Shown here: positions 9,446 to 18,194 of the stretch, in pieces
How the letters are laid out: each line of letters starts with the position of its first letter
How positions within the stretch are numbered: position 1 is the stretch's first letter
Notes under the pieces: model-generated
What the model saw: the letters and a program-made list of their open reading frames with translations, nothing else
Database searches by the model: none
What the model was told of the DNA's origin: nothing
Program-made: the position numbers and the translations under genes
DNA from: Desulfosudaceae bacterium
GTDB lineage: Bacteria > Desulfobacterota > Desulfobacteria > Desulfobacterales > Desulfosudaceae
Assembly: GCA_963674745.2 (NCBI GenBank)
Contig: CAXXDV010000003.1
Location: 1,152,001-1,216,000, forward strand
DNA: 64,000 nt
Direction: 5' to 3'

Positions 9446-10441
9446 ATGCCGAGGAAAAAGTCCGATAGGACCCATGGTGAGAAACTGATGCAATTGTTCG
9501 GTGATTTGTATTTTGCCAGAAACCGCCGATCCATGATCGAACTGTCTGAAAAGCTGGGCTGTTCCAAGCAGACCGTCAAAAGGCTGGTTGATGATATTTC
9601 GCGCTCCTATGTCCAGATTGAAGAAATAAGGGAAGGCAGGAAGAGCTATTATCAGATCAAGCGCCCGGCCGGTGAAGGTAAAGCCTTGAGTATTTCACCC
9701 TCAGAGCTGACCATGCTTTACATGTGTCAGTCGTTTACACGGCACCTGTTGGGTGACGAATTGTTCCAGGAGTCTGAAAAAGCGATACAGAAAAGCTGCA
9801 TTCTGGCCTCTGGTGGGGGCGGGTCGGAGCATTTTGATGTGTTTCTGCCCGGCACCATCGATTATTCGCCCCGGCAGAAAGACATCCGTCAGTTGATGAA
9901 AGCCATGGAAGAGAAGACCGTCTGCAAAGTTATCTATAGAAAGCCCTGGGAAGAAACCGTCAAGACGTTTTATATCAAACCGTATAAACTGTTTTCTTAT
10001 AACAACGCCCTGTATTTACATGCGGGTATGGCCCGATATCCGGGTTCAAAAAAGACGGCCTTTAAGTTTGATCCGCTGCTGGCCGTGCATCGACTGGAAA
10101 AAGTGACATTGACGGATAATCAATATGTTTTCCCCAAAAACTACAATTTTGGAAAACACTTTAACCAGGAATTCGGCATTATCAAGCAGGATGCCTTTAA
10201 AGTCAGGGTTGAGCTTACCGGTTATGCTGCTGCTTATGCCTGTGAACGACGGTTCAGCCCGGATCAGAAGGTAACTAAAAAAAATGATGGCAATCATATC
10301 CTGACGTTTACAGCTTCATCAGAGCCGGAAGTCCTGGCATGGATTTTGTCGTTTGGTGATGAGGTCAAGGTGCTGTCGCCGAAATGGCTGGTTGACGATG
10401 TTAAAGAGGCGGCTCAGGCAATCATTAAGCGGTATGAGTAG
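9446..10441 (+). CDS. HTH-WYL-WCX transcriptional regulator (PafC/BrxR/CapW-like)
   Basis: N-terminal wHTH (ELSEKLGCSKQTVKRLVDDI), IKPYKLFSYNNALYL, C-terminal WILSFGDEVKVLSPKWL. Confidence 0.9.
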   Translation: MPRKKSDRTHGEKLMQLFGDLYFARNRRSMIELSEKLGCSKQTVKRLVDDISRSYVQIEEIREGRKSYYQIKRPAGEGKALSISPSELTMLYMCQSFTRHLLGDELFQESEKAIQKSCILASGGGGSEHFDVFLPGTIDYSPRQKDIRQLMKAMEEKTVCKVIYRKPWEETVKTFYIKPYKLFSYNNALYLHAGMARYPGSKKTAFKFDPLLAVHRLEKVTLTDNQYVFPKNYNFGKHFNQEFGIIKQDAFKVRVELTGYAAAYACERRFSPDQKVTKKNDGNHILTFTASSEPEVLAWILSFGDEVKVLSPKWLVDDVKEAAQAIIKRYE

Positions 10442-10524
10442 GTTCGTTGAATTTTCAAGTCGGGTAAAGCCCGTCATGAATTTCTTTTATTACTTCTACG
10501 TTACTTTCTAAAATATTCTGCAAG

Positions 10525-10558
10525 TGTGACCGGATCTGTCACAGGTTTATGGTAGAGT
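10525..10558 (+). promoter_or_regulatory. Putative WYL-dependent promoter element
   Basis: TGTGAC-N7-GTCACA palindrome; TGTCAC-N10-TAGAGT matches the spacing of the PafBC motif TGTCGG-N10-TANNNT. Confidence 0.45.
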
Positions 10559-10813
10559 TACAACAATCAACTCAAGGGGATGTTTTAGAGTGTTAAGGTT
10601 TTAGCGTTTTAGGGTTATGAGGAATGGAGCCAATTTTATTCTGGGTTTCGGGTCAACCCAGGATGCCGAGACAGGGGGGGCTCAGGAAATATAGGTATTG
10701 AAAATGATTAAGCGCGTATATAAGATTAACCTTTAATAAAAGTAATGTATTTTAATGATTTATTGACCGGGCCAGGGTCCGGGTGGAACAACTCATTGAG
10801 GAGGGAATCAAAA

Positions 10814-11866
10814 ATGACCAGGGATTTGGTGAAAAGTGCGGATTCAGCAAGCGACAGGGGCCAGCTTCTTGTTTATGAAGTGGAAGACGGCCGCATAAAA
10901 ATTGATGTGCGATTGGAGGATGAAACCGTCTGGCTGACGCAGAAGCTGATGGCTGATCTGTTTCAAGTAACCGTTCCGACAATCAATGAGCATATAAAAA
11001 ACATATTTGAGGAAGGGGAGCTTATCCCTGAGGCAACTATTCGGAAATTCCAAATAGTTCAAAAAGAGGGACAGAGAAACGTAACCCGTACAATTGATCA
11101 TTATAATCTGGATGGTATTATTTCAGTCGGTTACCGCGTCAAAAGCCGGGTGGCCACCCGTTTTCGCATCTGGGCGACACAGCGCCTGCGCGAATATATC
11201 GTCAAGGGATTTATCTTAAATGATGAGCGGCTGAAAGAGCCGGAAGGTGGGCGGTACTTTGAAGAGTTGCTGGCCCGTATCCGCGATATCCGGTCTTCGG
11301 AAAAGGTTTTCTGGCGCAAGGTCCTGGATATTTATGCCACCAGCATCGATTATGATCCCACGGTGGAAATCTCTCAGAAATTCTTCAGTCAGGTACAAAA
11401 TATGATGCACTGGGCCGCCCATGGCCACACGGCGGCGGAACTGATTTATGAACGCGTCGACGCCTCGCAGACCAACATGGGGGTGACCAATTACCCGGGC
11501 AGTAAACTGCTCAAGCGTGATGTGGAAGTGGCCAAAAATTACCTGAACGAAAAAGAACTGGATCTGCTTAACCGGATCGTGACCGCTTACCTTGAAGTGG
11601 CTGAAATTCAGGCGTTGAACCGCAACCCCATGACCATGGCCGATTGGATAGAGCGCCTGCACCAGTTTCTGACAATGACCGGCCGTGAACAGTTGACCCA
11701 TGCCGGGACAATAAGCCATGAAGAAGCACTTCAAAAGGCCCATGAGGAATATGAAAAGTTTCGGGAAAGGCGGTTGGCGGAACCGTCCGAGGCGGAAAAG
11801 CACTTCATAGAGGCGGAAAAGAAGTTGAACCAGATTGAAACGGCCAATAAGAGCGGCGGTAAATAG
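10814..11866 (+). CDS. RhuM family (virulence RhuM/Fic-associated DNA-binding) protein
   Basis: ETVWLTQKLMADLFQV, HYNLDGIISVGYRVKS..ATRFRIWAT, RIRDIRSSEKVF, AKNYL; ATG 10814 follows a GAGGAGGG RBS. Confidence 0.9.
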   Translation: MTRDLVKSADSASDRGQLLVYEVEDGRIKIDVRLEDETVWLTQKLMADLFQVTVPTINEHIKNIFEEGELIPEATIRKFQIVQKEGQRNVTRTIDHYNLDGIISVGYRVKSRVATRFRIWATQRLREYIVKGFILNDERLKEPEGGRYFEELLARIRDIRSSEKVFWRKVLDIYATSIDYDPTVEISQKFFSQVQNMMHWAAHGHTAAELIYERVDASQTNMGVTNYPGSKLLKRDVEVAKNYLNEKELDLLNRIVTAYLEVAEIQALNRNPMTMADWIERLHQFLTMTGREQLTHAGTISHEEALQKAHEEYEKFRERRLAEPSEAEKHFIEAEKKLNQIETANKSGGK

Positions 11867-11952
11867 CACGGGCAATTTTTGGTTGGCCCGGGGTAGGCGT
11901 TTGTGGGTTTGGGGTTCGGGGTTCAGGATGACGAGGAATTGGGGCAATTGGG

Positions 11953-12110
11953 AAGGGCAACCACGGGGGGTTGCCCCTACGGGCCGTGGTGGGCGTTTGT
12001 GGGTGTTGTAGGGGCAGGCCTTCGTGCCTGGCCTGATGAAGGGCAACCACGGGGGGTTGCCCCTACGGGTCGGGGTGAACACGTGGGGGAGCCACACGGG
12101 TGACCATACG
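11953..12110. repeat. REP cluster (GTAG-type hairpins)
   Basis: GGGCAACCACGGGGGGTTGCCCCTAC and GTAGGGGCAGGCCTTCGTGCCTG copies. Confidence 0.85.
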
Positions 12111-12227
12111 GGAGTTTGTGTCCCGCCATTATTACCTTGACATATTTCGCGGGACGATCTAATACTTGCCGGTCTATAGGGCAAGTTGAAACTTATCATT
12201 AACACTCAAAAAACGGGGGTAATAACC

Positions 12228-12554
12228 ATGGCAGAAGTAAAAGGATTGAATAAACCGGTAAAGTTAAAAGCGGATCTGGCGGCGTTGCTTGGCGCTGACG
12301 CACTTCCCCGTACGGAAATAACCAAGAAACTGTGGGATTACATCAAGGCCAACAAGCTGCAGACAAAGACCGTAAACGGCAAGCCGGAAAACGGTGGAAA
12401 GAATATTGTGGCTGATGCCAAGTTGCTTAAAATATTCAACAACACCAAAGTGACCACCAAAAGCGGCAAGGTGGTGGATTTTACGGGATTAAAAGAAGGC
12501 CAGACGATTGATATGATGCAGCTGGCTTCGGTTGTGAGTGCGAATATTGAGTAG
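12228..12554 (+). CDS. Stand-alone SWIB/MDM2 domain protein
   Basis: LAALLGADALPRTEITKKLWDYIKANKLQ...IVADAKL...IDMMQLA; GGGGG RBS before ATG 12228; TTGACA at 12137. Confidence 0.85.
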   Translation: MAEVKGLNKPVKLKADLAALLGADALPRTEITKKLWDYIKANKLQTKTVNGKPENGGKNIVADAKLLKIFNNTKVTTKSGKVVDFTGLKEGQTIDMMQLASVVSANIE

Positions 12555-12702
12555 AAGGTTTTAGAGTTTTAAGGTTTTAGCGTTTTAGGGTTTTAGGTGG
12601 TTAAGTTTGCTTCGGCATTCTGGCCGGTTATCTTAAAACACGTTCAGTGGTTTCTTTATGTTCAGTAGGTCCGGGCCTTGGATCGGTGTCCGGGGTGTCG
12701 GG

Positions 12703-12841
12703 GTAGGGGCAGGCCTTCGTGCCTGACCTGATGACGGGCAACCACAGGGGGTTGCCCCTACAGGCCGTGCAAAGCAACCACAGGGGGGTGCCCCTACGGG
12801 CCGAGGAAACACGTTGGCAACCACGGGGGGTTGCCCCTACA
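12703..12841. repeat. REP cluster
   Basis: One A+B doublet plus two further B-type hairpins ending CCCCTAC. Confidence 0.85.
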
Positions 12842-12963
12842 GGTTGGGGGAAAAAGGGCGGCCTTATATTCACTGATAATCAAATCAAATAAATCACGGC
12901 CAGGGAGGGCTGAGTGAATTTTTCTAAGCACGATTCTCCATTTTTTGGCATAAGTAATACGAA

Positions 12964-13055
12964 TTCTTGAGGTGCCAGATTGGCACCTCAAGAAAACAGG
13001 TCGGGGTGGGCGAAATCAGTGCGAGGTTTGGAGGTCGCAATTTGCGACGTCCAAA
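12964..13055. promoter_or_regulatory. Two 29-31 bp palindromes upstream of the ORF6N gene, resembling the gene's internal palindrome
   Basis: TTCTTGAGGTGCCA-GAT-TGGCACCTCAAGAA (12964-12994, perfect arms); TTTGGAGGTCGCAA-T-TTGCGACGTCCAAA (13027-13055, 1 mismatch). Confidence 0.7.
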
Positions 13056-13090
13056 TAAATAATAATTTTAAATGATAAGGGAAATCAGTC

Positions 13091-13627
13091 ATGGATGACA
13101 TTGTGCCGGTTGAAATAATTGCGGGAAATATTTTTATAATCAGGGGTGAGCGGGTCTTGATTGATCGGGATCTAGCAAAATTATACAATGTTACGACAAA
13201 ATTGTTAAATCAGGCCGTATCGAGAAACGAGCAGCGTTTTCCCGCAGACTTTATGTTCAGGCTTTCAAAACAGGAAAAGGATGAACTGGTCACAAATTGT
13301 GACCGGTTAAATTCATTAAAACACTCTTCTTCTCTGCCGCGAGCATTTACCGAACAAGGTGTGGCCATGCTGTCCAGTGTACTGAATAGTGAACGGGCGA
13401 TTGCCGTTAATATTCAGATAATGCGGACCTTTACGAAGCTTTGTCAGGCGATTTTGAGTAATAAAGACCTGAGAAAAGAGTTGATGGAGTTAAAGCAGTT
13501 CACGGAAGAACGCTTTAGTATTGTATTTGAAACACTGGACCAGCTTCTGGCGGCTGAATACAAACCGCCAAAACAGATTGGTTTTACCGTAAAAGAAAAA
13601 CAACGCGCGTTGCATAGGCCAGAATGA
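13091..13627 (+). CDS. ORF6N domain (KilA-N-like) DNA-binding protein
   Basis: IRGERVLIDRDLAKLYNV..LNQAVSRN..RFPADFMFRL...AFTEQGVAMLSSVLNSERAIAVNIQIMRTF...KQIGF. Confidence 0.9.
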   Translation: MDDIVPVEIIAGNIFIIRGERVLIDRDLAKLYNVTTKLLNQAVSRNEQRFPADFMFRLSKQEKDELVTNCDRLNSLKHSSSLPRAFTEQGVAMLSSVLNSERAIAVNIQIMRTFTKLCQAILSNKDLRKELMELKQFTEERFSIVFETLDQLLAAEYKPPKQIGFTVKEKQRALHRPE

Positions 13628-13631
13628 GGAA

Positions 13632-13910
13632 GTAGGGGCCTTCCCATGTGGCTGGACTGGTGGAGGGCAACCACGGGGGGTTGCCCCTACGGGACGAGGT
13701 TGGCGTTCATGAAATAATGTAGGGACGGCTCCATGTGCCCGGACTGATGGAGGGCAACCACGGGGGGGTGCCCCTACGGGACGAGGTTGGCGTTCATGAA
13801 ATAATGTAGGGACGGCTCCATGTGCCTGTTCGGGGAAGGGCAACCACGGGGGGTTGCCCCTACATGTGTTCGCAATCGGGCACGGGCAAGCTTCGCTTGG
13901 CACGTGGCAC
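13632..13910. repeat. REP array with variant left hairpin (GTAGGGACGGCTCCATGTGCC), three ~87-bp units
   Basis: Tandem units ending GGGCAACCACGGGGGGTTGCCCCTAC. Confidence 0.85.
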
Positions 13911-13966
13911 CCATTTGAGGTTTGGGGTTTTTGGGGGCCGGAACGACGGGGTAGGCGGCACCGGGA

Positions 13967-15040
13967 TTAACGGGGCCCCGGCCCTTTGAAGACGGCCCGG
14001 TCCTTGCCGTTTTCCTTGGCTTCATAAAGGGCGGCATCGGCCCTTGCCACCAGGTCATCCGGGGATTCACCGGGCTGGTAGGCGGCAATGCCGATCGAGG
14101 TGGTGATTCTCAGGTCCGGTGAAATATCGGAAAAGTCAAGGCTCCGGGTGGCGGCCAGGAGCCGCTGGGTGCTGCTTGAGTCGCTGTCTTCGCACTGGAA
14201 GTTGGAAAACACCACCATAAACTCCTCCCCGCCGTACCGGCCCACATAATCCGTGGCCCGTGTATTGTGCTTCAAGACCTCGGCAAAGGCAGAGAGCACC
14301 GTATCGCCGGCCTGATGACCGTAGGTATCGTTCAAGTGTTTGAAGTTGTCCAGGTCGAGCATGCACAGCGAAAACGGGGTGCCGGCCCGGTCTGAAAAGG
14401 CCTTTTCCCTGTTCAGGACTTCGAAAATCTCTCTCCTGCTCAACACCCCGGTCAACGCGTCATGGGTGGCCAGGCGGGTGATGCGCCGTCGGAGCTTGGA
14501 GATGTAGTCGGCCATAGAGGATACCCAGACCAGGGACATCATCAATATCACCCACCGCATGATCTCCAGCCGGGGATCAACCGCCCCGGGTTCTGAAAAA
14601 TGCAGCAGCGCCATGGCCCCGGCATAAAGCCCGCCGGTTATGACGGTCAGTACCAGCAAATCCTTGAGCCGGAGCCGGAAGGTGCCGAACATGAAGGCCA
14701 GGATATATAGAACCGAGGCGGTCCCGCGTATCCGGTCGACCATGTGGTAGGCAATCAGCGTGATCGTCATAATGCCGCATAAAATCTGGAACAATGTGAG
14801 GCTGGGGTCACGGAAACGCTCGTTAAGGCCCGTATACATCAACGTCAGAATGACGAGGTGGATACCCAGCACCCATGCCGTGATGATCAAAACCATGCCG
14901 GGCCCAAGATCCCGGGCATATCCCAGATGAGCACCCAGGTAACACCCCGCAGCGATGAACAGATAACTGGCGACAGCCATCAACGTTCTGCGTATTCGCA
15001 ATGCCTGCCGGGTATCACCTTTGGGGAGAATGTTGATCAT
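13967..15040 (-). CDS. Membrane-bound diguanylate cyclase (GGDEF)
   Basis: ~6 TM segments, DALTG, DLDNFK..NDTYGHQAGD, GRYGGEEF. Start set at MINILPK; the longer ORF-track N-terminus is translated REP sequence. Confidence 0.9.
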   Translation of the reverse strand: MINILPKGDTRQALRIRRTLMAVASYLFIAAGCYLGAHLGYARDLGPGMVLIITAWVLGIHLVILTLMYTGLNERFRDPSLTLFQILCGIMTITLIAYHMVDRIRGTASVLYILAFMFGTFRLRLKDLLVLTVITGGLYAGAMALLHFSEPGAVDPRLEIMRWVILMMSLVWVSSMADYISKLRRRITRLATHDALTGVLSRREIFEVLNREKAFSDRAGTPFSLCMLDLDNFKHLNDTYGHQAGDTVLSAFAEVLKHNTRATDYVGRYGGEEFMVVFSNFQCEDSDSSSTQRLLAATRSLDFSDISPDLRITTSIGIAAYQPGESPDDLVARADAALYEAKENGKDRAVFKGPGPR

Positions 15041-15160
15041 ATTTGTATTTACGGGTTTTGATGAAAAATTGAAATGATTATTATTATACATTGAAAACGC
15101 AAAACAATCCAGAAGGAGACGGAAAAAAGGGGGGGGCGGGGTTGGCGTTCGAGGGGTGTT

Positions 15161-15477
15161 GTAGGGGCAGGCCCCCGTGCCTGCCCTGATGAAGGGCAAC
15201 CACAGGGGGTTGCCCCTACGGACCGGGGTGGGCGTTCGTGGGGTGTTGTAGGGGCAGGCCCCCGTGCCTGCCCTGATGAAGGGCAACCACAGGGGGTTGC
15301 CCCTACGGACCGGGGTTGGCGATCGAGGGGTGTTGTAGGGGCAGGCCCCCGTGCCTGCCCTGATGAAGGGCAACCACAGGGGGTTGCCCCTACGGACCGG
15401 GGTGGGCGTTCATGAAGCAATGTAGGGGCAGGCCCCCGTGCCTGATCGGTGAAGGGCGACCCGCCGGTCGCCCCTAC
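15161..15477. repeat. REP array, 87-bp period
   Basis: GTAGGGGCAGG at 15161, 15248, 15335, 15422. Confidence 0.9.
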
Positions 15478-16247
15478 GGGTGTTTGGAATCGGGTGGCCG
15501 GTTGTATTCAAGGCATTTTTGATAAAACGCGTTTATTCGGGTTCCAAAAGGCTGATCGTGTTCTGTGATCAGGTTGATCATTTCCTCCCAGGCGATTTCA
15601 CGGATGAGGATTCTCTGCAGGGTGGGCATGAACCAGTCGGTCAGCCATTTGTCTTTATCCGGATCCTGAAATTCGGACACCCGTTGTTTGACGACATCCA
15701 GGATGATGCCCGGGGACATGTGTTGGGCAAAGACGCCATCTTGAATTTGTGCGGCCGGGGCCAGGACATAAAAACCGATGGCATTGAACTTGTCCGGGGA
15801 AATCCGGGCGCGGTGGATGAGCTCGGCAATGCAGGCCACATTGCGGGCGGCCTGGTTAAAGTATCCGGCGTTCCTGGTGCCGGGTGACAGTTTGCTGAAC
15901 ATTTTGGCCTCGGTAACGATAATGCGGGCGGCGTTTTGTGTGAGCGACAGGTCGCCTTTTTGCTTGGCGCCGATGACAAAATCGCCGATGACACTGTCGG
16001 CGTGTGTCCGGGCTTCGGCCAGTATATCGCCCTTGTACCTGGCCTGGAAGGCGGAGGGGAGGAGGGCTTCGGCATACCATTTGTCGGTGGCGGTAAAGGC
16101 CAGTTCGTGGTTAAGGCCGGGATGGGCGGAAAGCCAGTCCAGGACCAGGCGGAGCATCCAGCCTTCGTTGTAAAGATCGGTGGGCGGGAAGTTGGTGTCC
16201 GGGGTGTCGCATTTTTTCAAAAGGGTTGTGATTTGATCGATGGGCAT
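15474..16247 (-). CDS. Hypothetical protein, possibly PD-(D/E)XK-like nuclease fold
   Basis: Intact 257-aa ORF; spacing of E(YNEGW)...D(THADS)...EAK...Q is reminiscent of restriction-like folds. Confidence 0.65.
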   Translation of the reverse strand: MPIDQITTLLKKCDTPDTNFPPTDLYNEGWMLRLVLDWLSAHPGLNHELAFTATDKWYAEALLPSAFQARYKGDILAEARTHADSVIGDFVIGAKQKGDLSLTQNAARIIVTEAKMFSKLSPGTRNAGYFNQAARNVACIAELIHRARISPDKFNAIGFYVLAPAAQIQDGVFAQHMSPGIILDVVKQRVSEFQDPDKDKWLTDWFMPTLQRILIREIAWEEMINLITEHDQPFGTRINAFYQKCLEYNRPPDSKHP

Positions 16248-16357
16248 GGGGTCTATAAAGTGGTTATGTGGTTAAGTGATTAAGTGGTTACGTTGTCTTT
16301 GGCATTTCGGCCGGTTTTTCTTTAAATGTTCATTCGTTTTTTATGTACGATAAATTC

Positions 16358-16620
16358 GGGTTCCGGGTCAAGCCCGGAATGACGGGGCAGGGGCACGGCG
16401 TGCCGTGCCCTTTTGTCAAGGTTCAAGAATGTTCGCAAATGTGGCGGATGTTGTAGGGGCGACCGGGGTGGGCGTTCGTGGGGTGTTGTAGGGGCAGGCC
16501 CCCGTGCCTGCCCTGATGAAGGGCAACCACAGGGGGGTGCCCCTACAGGCCGTGCAAAGCGATCATGGGGTTGCCCCTACGGGCCGTGCAAAGCGATCAT
16601 GGGGTTGCCCCTACGGGCCG
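16358..16620. repeat. Mixed REP/hairpin cluster
   Basis: TTCCGGGTCAAGCCCGGAATGAC, GGGCACGGCGTGCCGTGCCC, an A+B doublet and two B half-copies. Confidence 0.8.
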
Positions 16621-16651
16621 GGCTGGGCGTTAACGTGAATATTCAAAGATA

Positions 16652-18016
16652 TCAAACGAGTCGGGACAGCATAACCGTGGCCAGGCTTAAGATCAGCAAA
16701 AAGCCGCACATATCGGTAATCGTCGTCAGGATCGGGCCTGAAGCCAGGGCCGGGTCCGCCTTCATCCCTTTCAGAAGCAGGGGCACCATACCGCCGATGG
16801 ACACCGCCACCAGGGTGTTAATGGCCATGGCGCCGGCCACCACCAGTCCCAGGTAAACATTGCCTTTCCAGAGCCAGGCGGCAAACCCCAGCATGACGCC
16901 CAGCACCACGCCGTTGATCAATCCCACGGCCAGTTCCTTAGACCAGACGCGGACGACATCCCGGGGCCGGATCAGCCCCAGGCTCAATTCCCGGATGGAA
17001 ACCGCCACCGCCTGGTTGCCGGAACAGCCGCTCATATCGGAAATAATCGGCAGAAACACGGCCAAAGCGATGACGGCCGTCAGCGTGTCCTGATAAGCGG
17101 CGATAACGCTGGCTGCCAGAATGTTCAGCACAATATTGATGCTGAGCCAGGAAAGCCGGCGGGATGACCGCCGCCAGATGGACATGGAGCGCAGTTCCTC
17201 GCCGCTGACAATGCCCTGGGATTTCAGATAGTCCCTGTCCGACCGCTCTAACAGGGCTTCATCCACGTCTTCGCGCCGGACCACGCCGATCAACCGCCCC
17301 CGGTCGTCTGTGACCGGCACGCCCATCAGCGGATGCTCCTCGAAAAAATCGCCCAGGGCTGTCAACGGCGTCCTGTCGCTGACCTGCATGGGCTGCCGGA
17401 TCATGATCTCGGCGATGGTCTTGCGGCGGGGCGCCAGCAGCAGGTCACGAAGCCGCAGCACCCCGACCAGCACTTCCTCACGGGTCACAATATAGGTGTA
17501 CTGAACATCATAGTCGGAATACTGTTCGGCATGTCGGCGAAAATCCCGGACCACGTCATCCACCGTGACGTCCTCATAATGGCGGAGATATTCCGTGATC
17601 ATCAAACCGCCGGCCACCTCGGGTGCGTAACGGCTCAGCGCCATGGCGTCCGCCGCGGCCGCCGGTTTCATTTCTTCCAGGATGGCGGCTGCTTCGTCCC
17701 GGTCCATTTCAGACAGAACATCGGCCCGCTCGTTGCTGGGCATCTGTTCCAGGACCTGGGCGGCAACCGACCCCTCCATTTCCGAAAGGATATCGGCGCT
17801 GAAAGATTCGGGAAGTTGTTCTACGATATCGGCCGCGTCTTTTCCATCCAGCAGGGTCAGTACCTGCTGGACATTCTCCGAAGACAGGCGGGAAAAACAC
17901 CGGGCGACTTCCCCGCCCGGTATGTCTTTCAGGTAACCGGATAACTGATCGGCGTCACCGGCGGCAAGAAGCACTTCCACCTGTTCCCAGGGATATTTTT
18001 CTGTTTCGTCGACCAT
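16652..18016 (-). CDS. mgtE: Magnesium transporter MgtE
   Basis: MgtE_N, CBS pair (AGGLM, GVLRLRDLL), RRLSWL, PIISDMSGCSGNQ, DPALASGPILTTITD; AAGGAG RBS before ATG 18016. Confidence 0.92.
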   Translation of the reverse strand: MVDETEKYPWEQVEVLLAAGDADQLSGYLKDIPGGEVARCFSRLSSENVQQVLTLLDGKDAADIVEQLPESFSADILSEMEGSVAAQVLEQMPSNERADVLSEMDRDEAAAILEEMKPAAAADAMALSRYAPEVAGGLMITEYLRHYEDVTVDDVVRDFRRHAEQYSDYDVQYTYIVTREEVLVGVLRLRDLLLAPRRKTIAEIMIRQPMQVSDRTPLTALGDFFEEHPLMGVPVTDDRGRLIGVVRREDVDEALLERSDRDYLKSQGIVSGEELRSMSIWRRSSRRLSWLSINIVLNILAASVIAAYQDTLTAVIALAVFLPIISDMSGCSGNQAVAVSIRELSLGLIRPRDVVRVWSKELAVGLINGVVLGVMLGFAAWLWKGNVYLGLVVAGAMAINTLVAVSIGGMVPLLLKGMKADPALASGPILTTITDMCGFLLILSLATVMLSRLV

Positions 18017-18194
18017 ATTTCTCCTTTCAGGCGATTGCCGACCCGTAGCAGCATAATCGCAGCAGTGCTGAGGGGGTTTGGGTGTCAAAAGGGCTGCCTT
18101 GGCTGGTGCTGATCTTACCGGAAAAATGACCGGAGTTCAAAGATTAAGGTTCGATGTTCGAGGTTTGGTTGAGGGTGGGTGTTCGTGGGGTGTT

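Noticed and set aside
10814..13627. Prophage or integrative element suggested by ORF6N and RhuM
   Set aside because: No integrase, structural, replication or conjugation genes and no att-like direct repeats were seen
15041..15373. N-terminal extension of the DGC in the ORF track; similar extensions at 5641-5667, 29253-29372 and 25560-25802
   Set aside because: They run through repeats or the neighbouring gene; better starts lie downstream (RBS, paralogue alignment or translational coupling)
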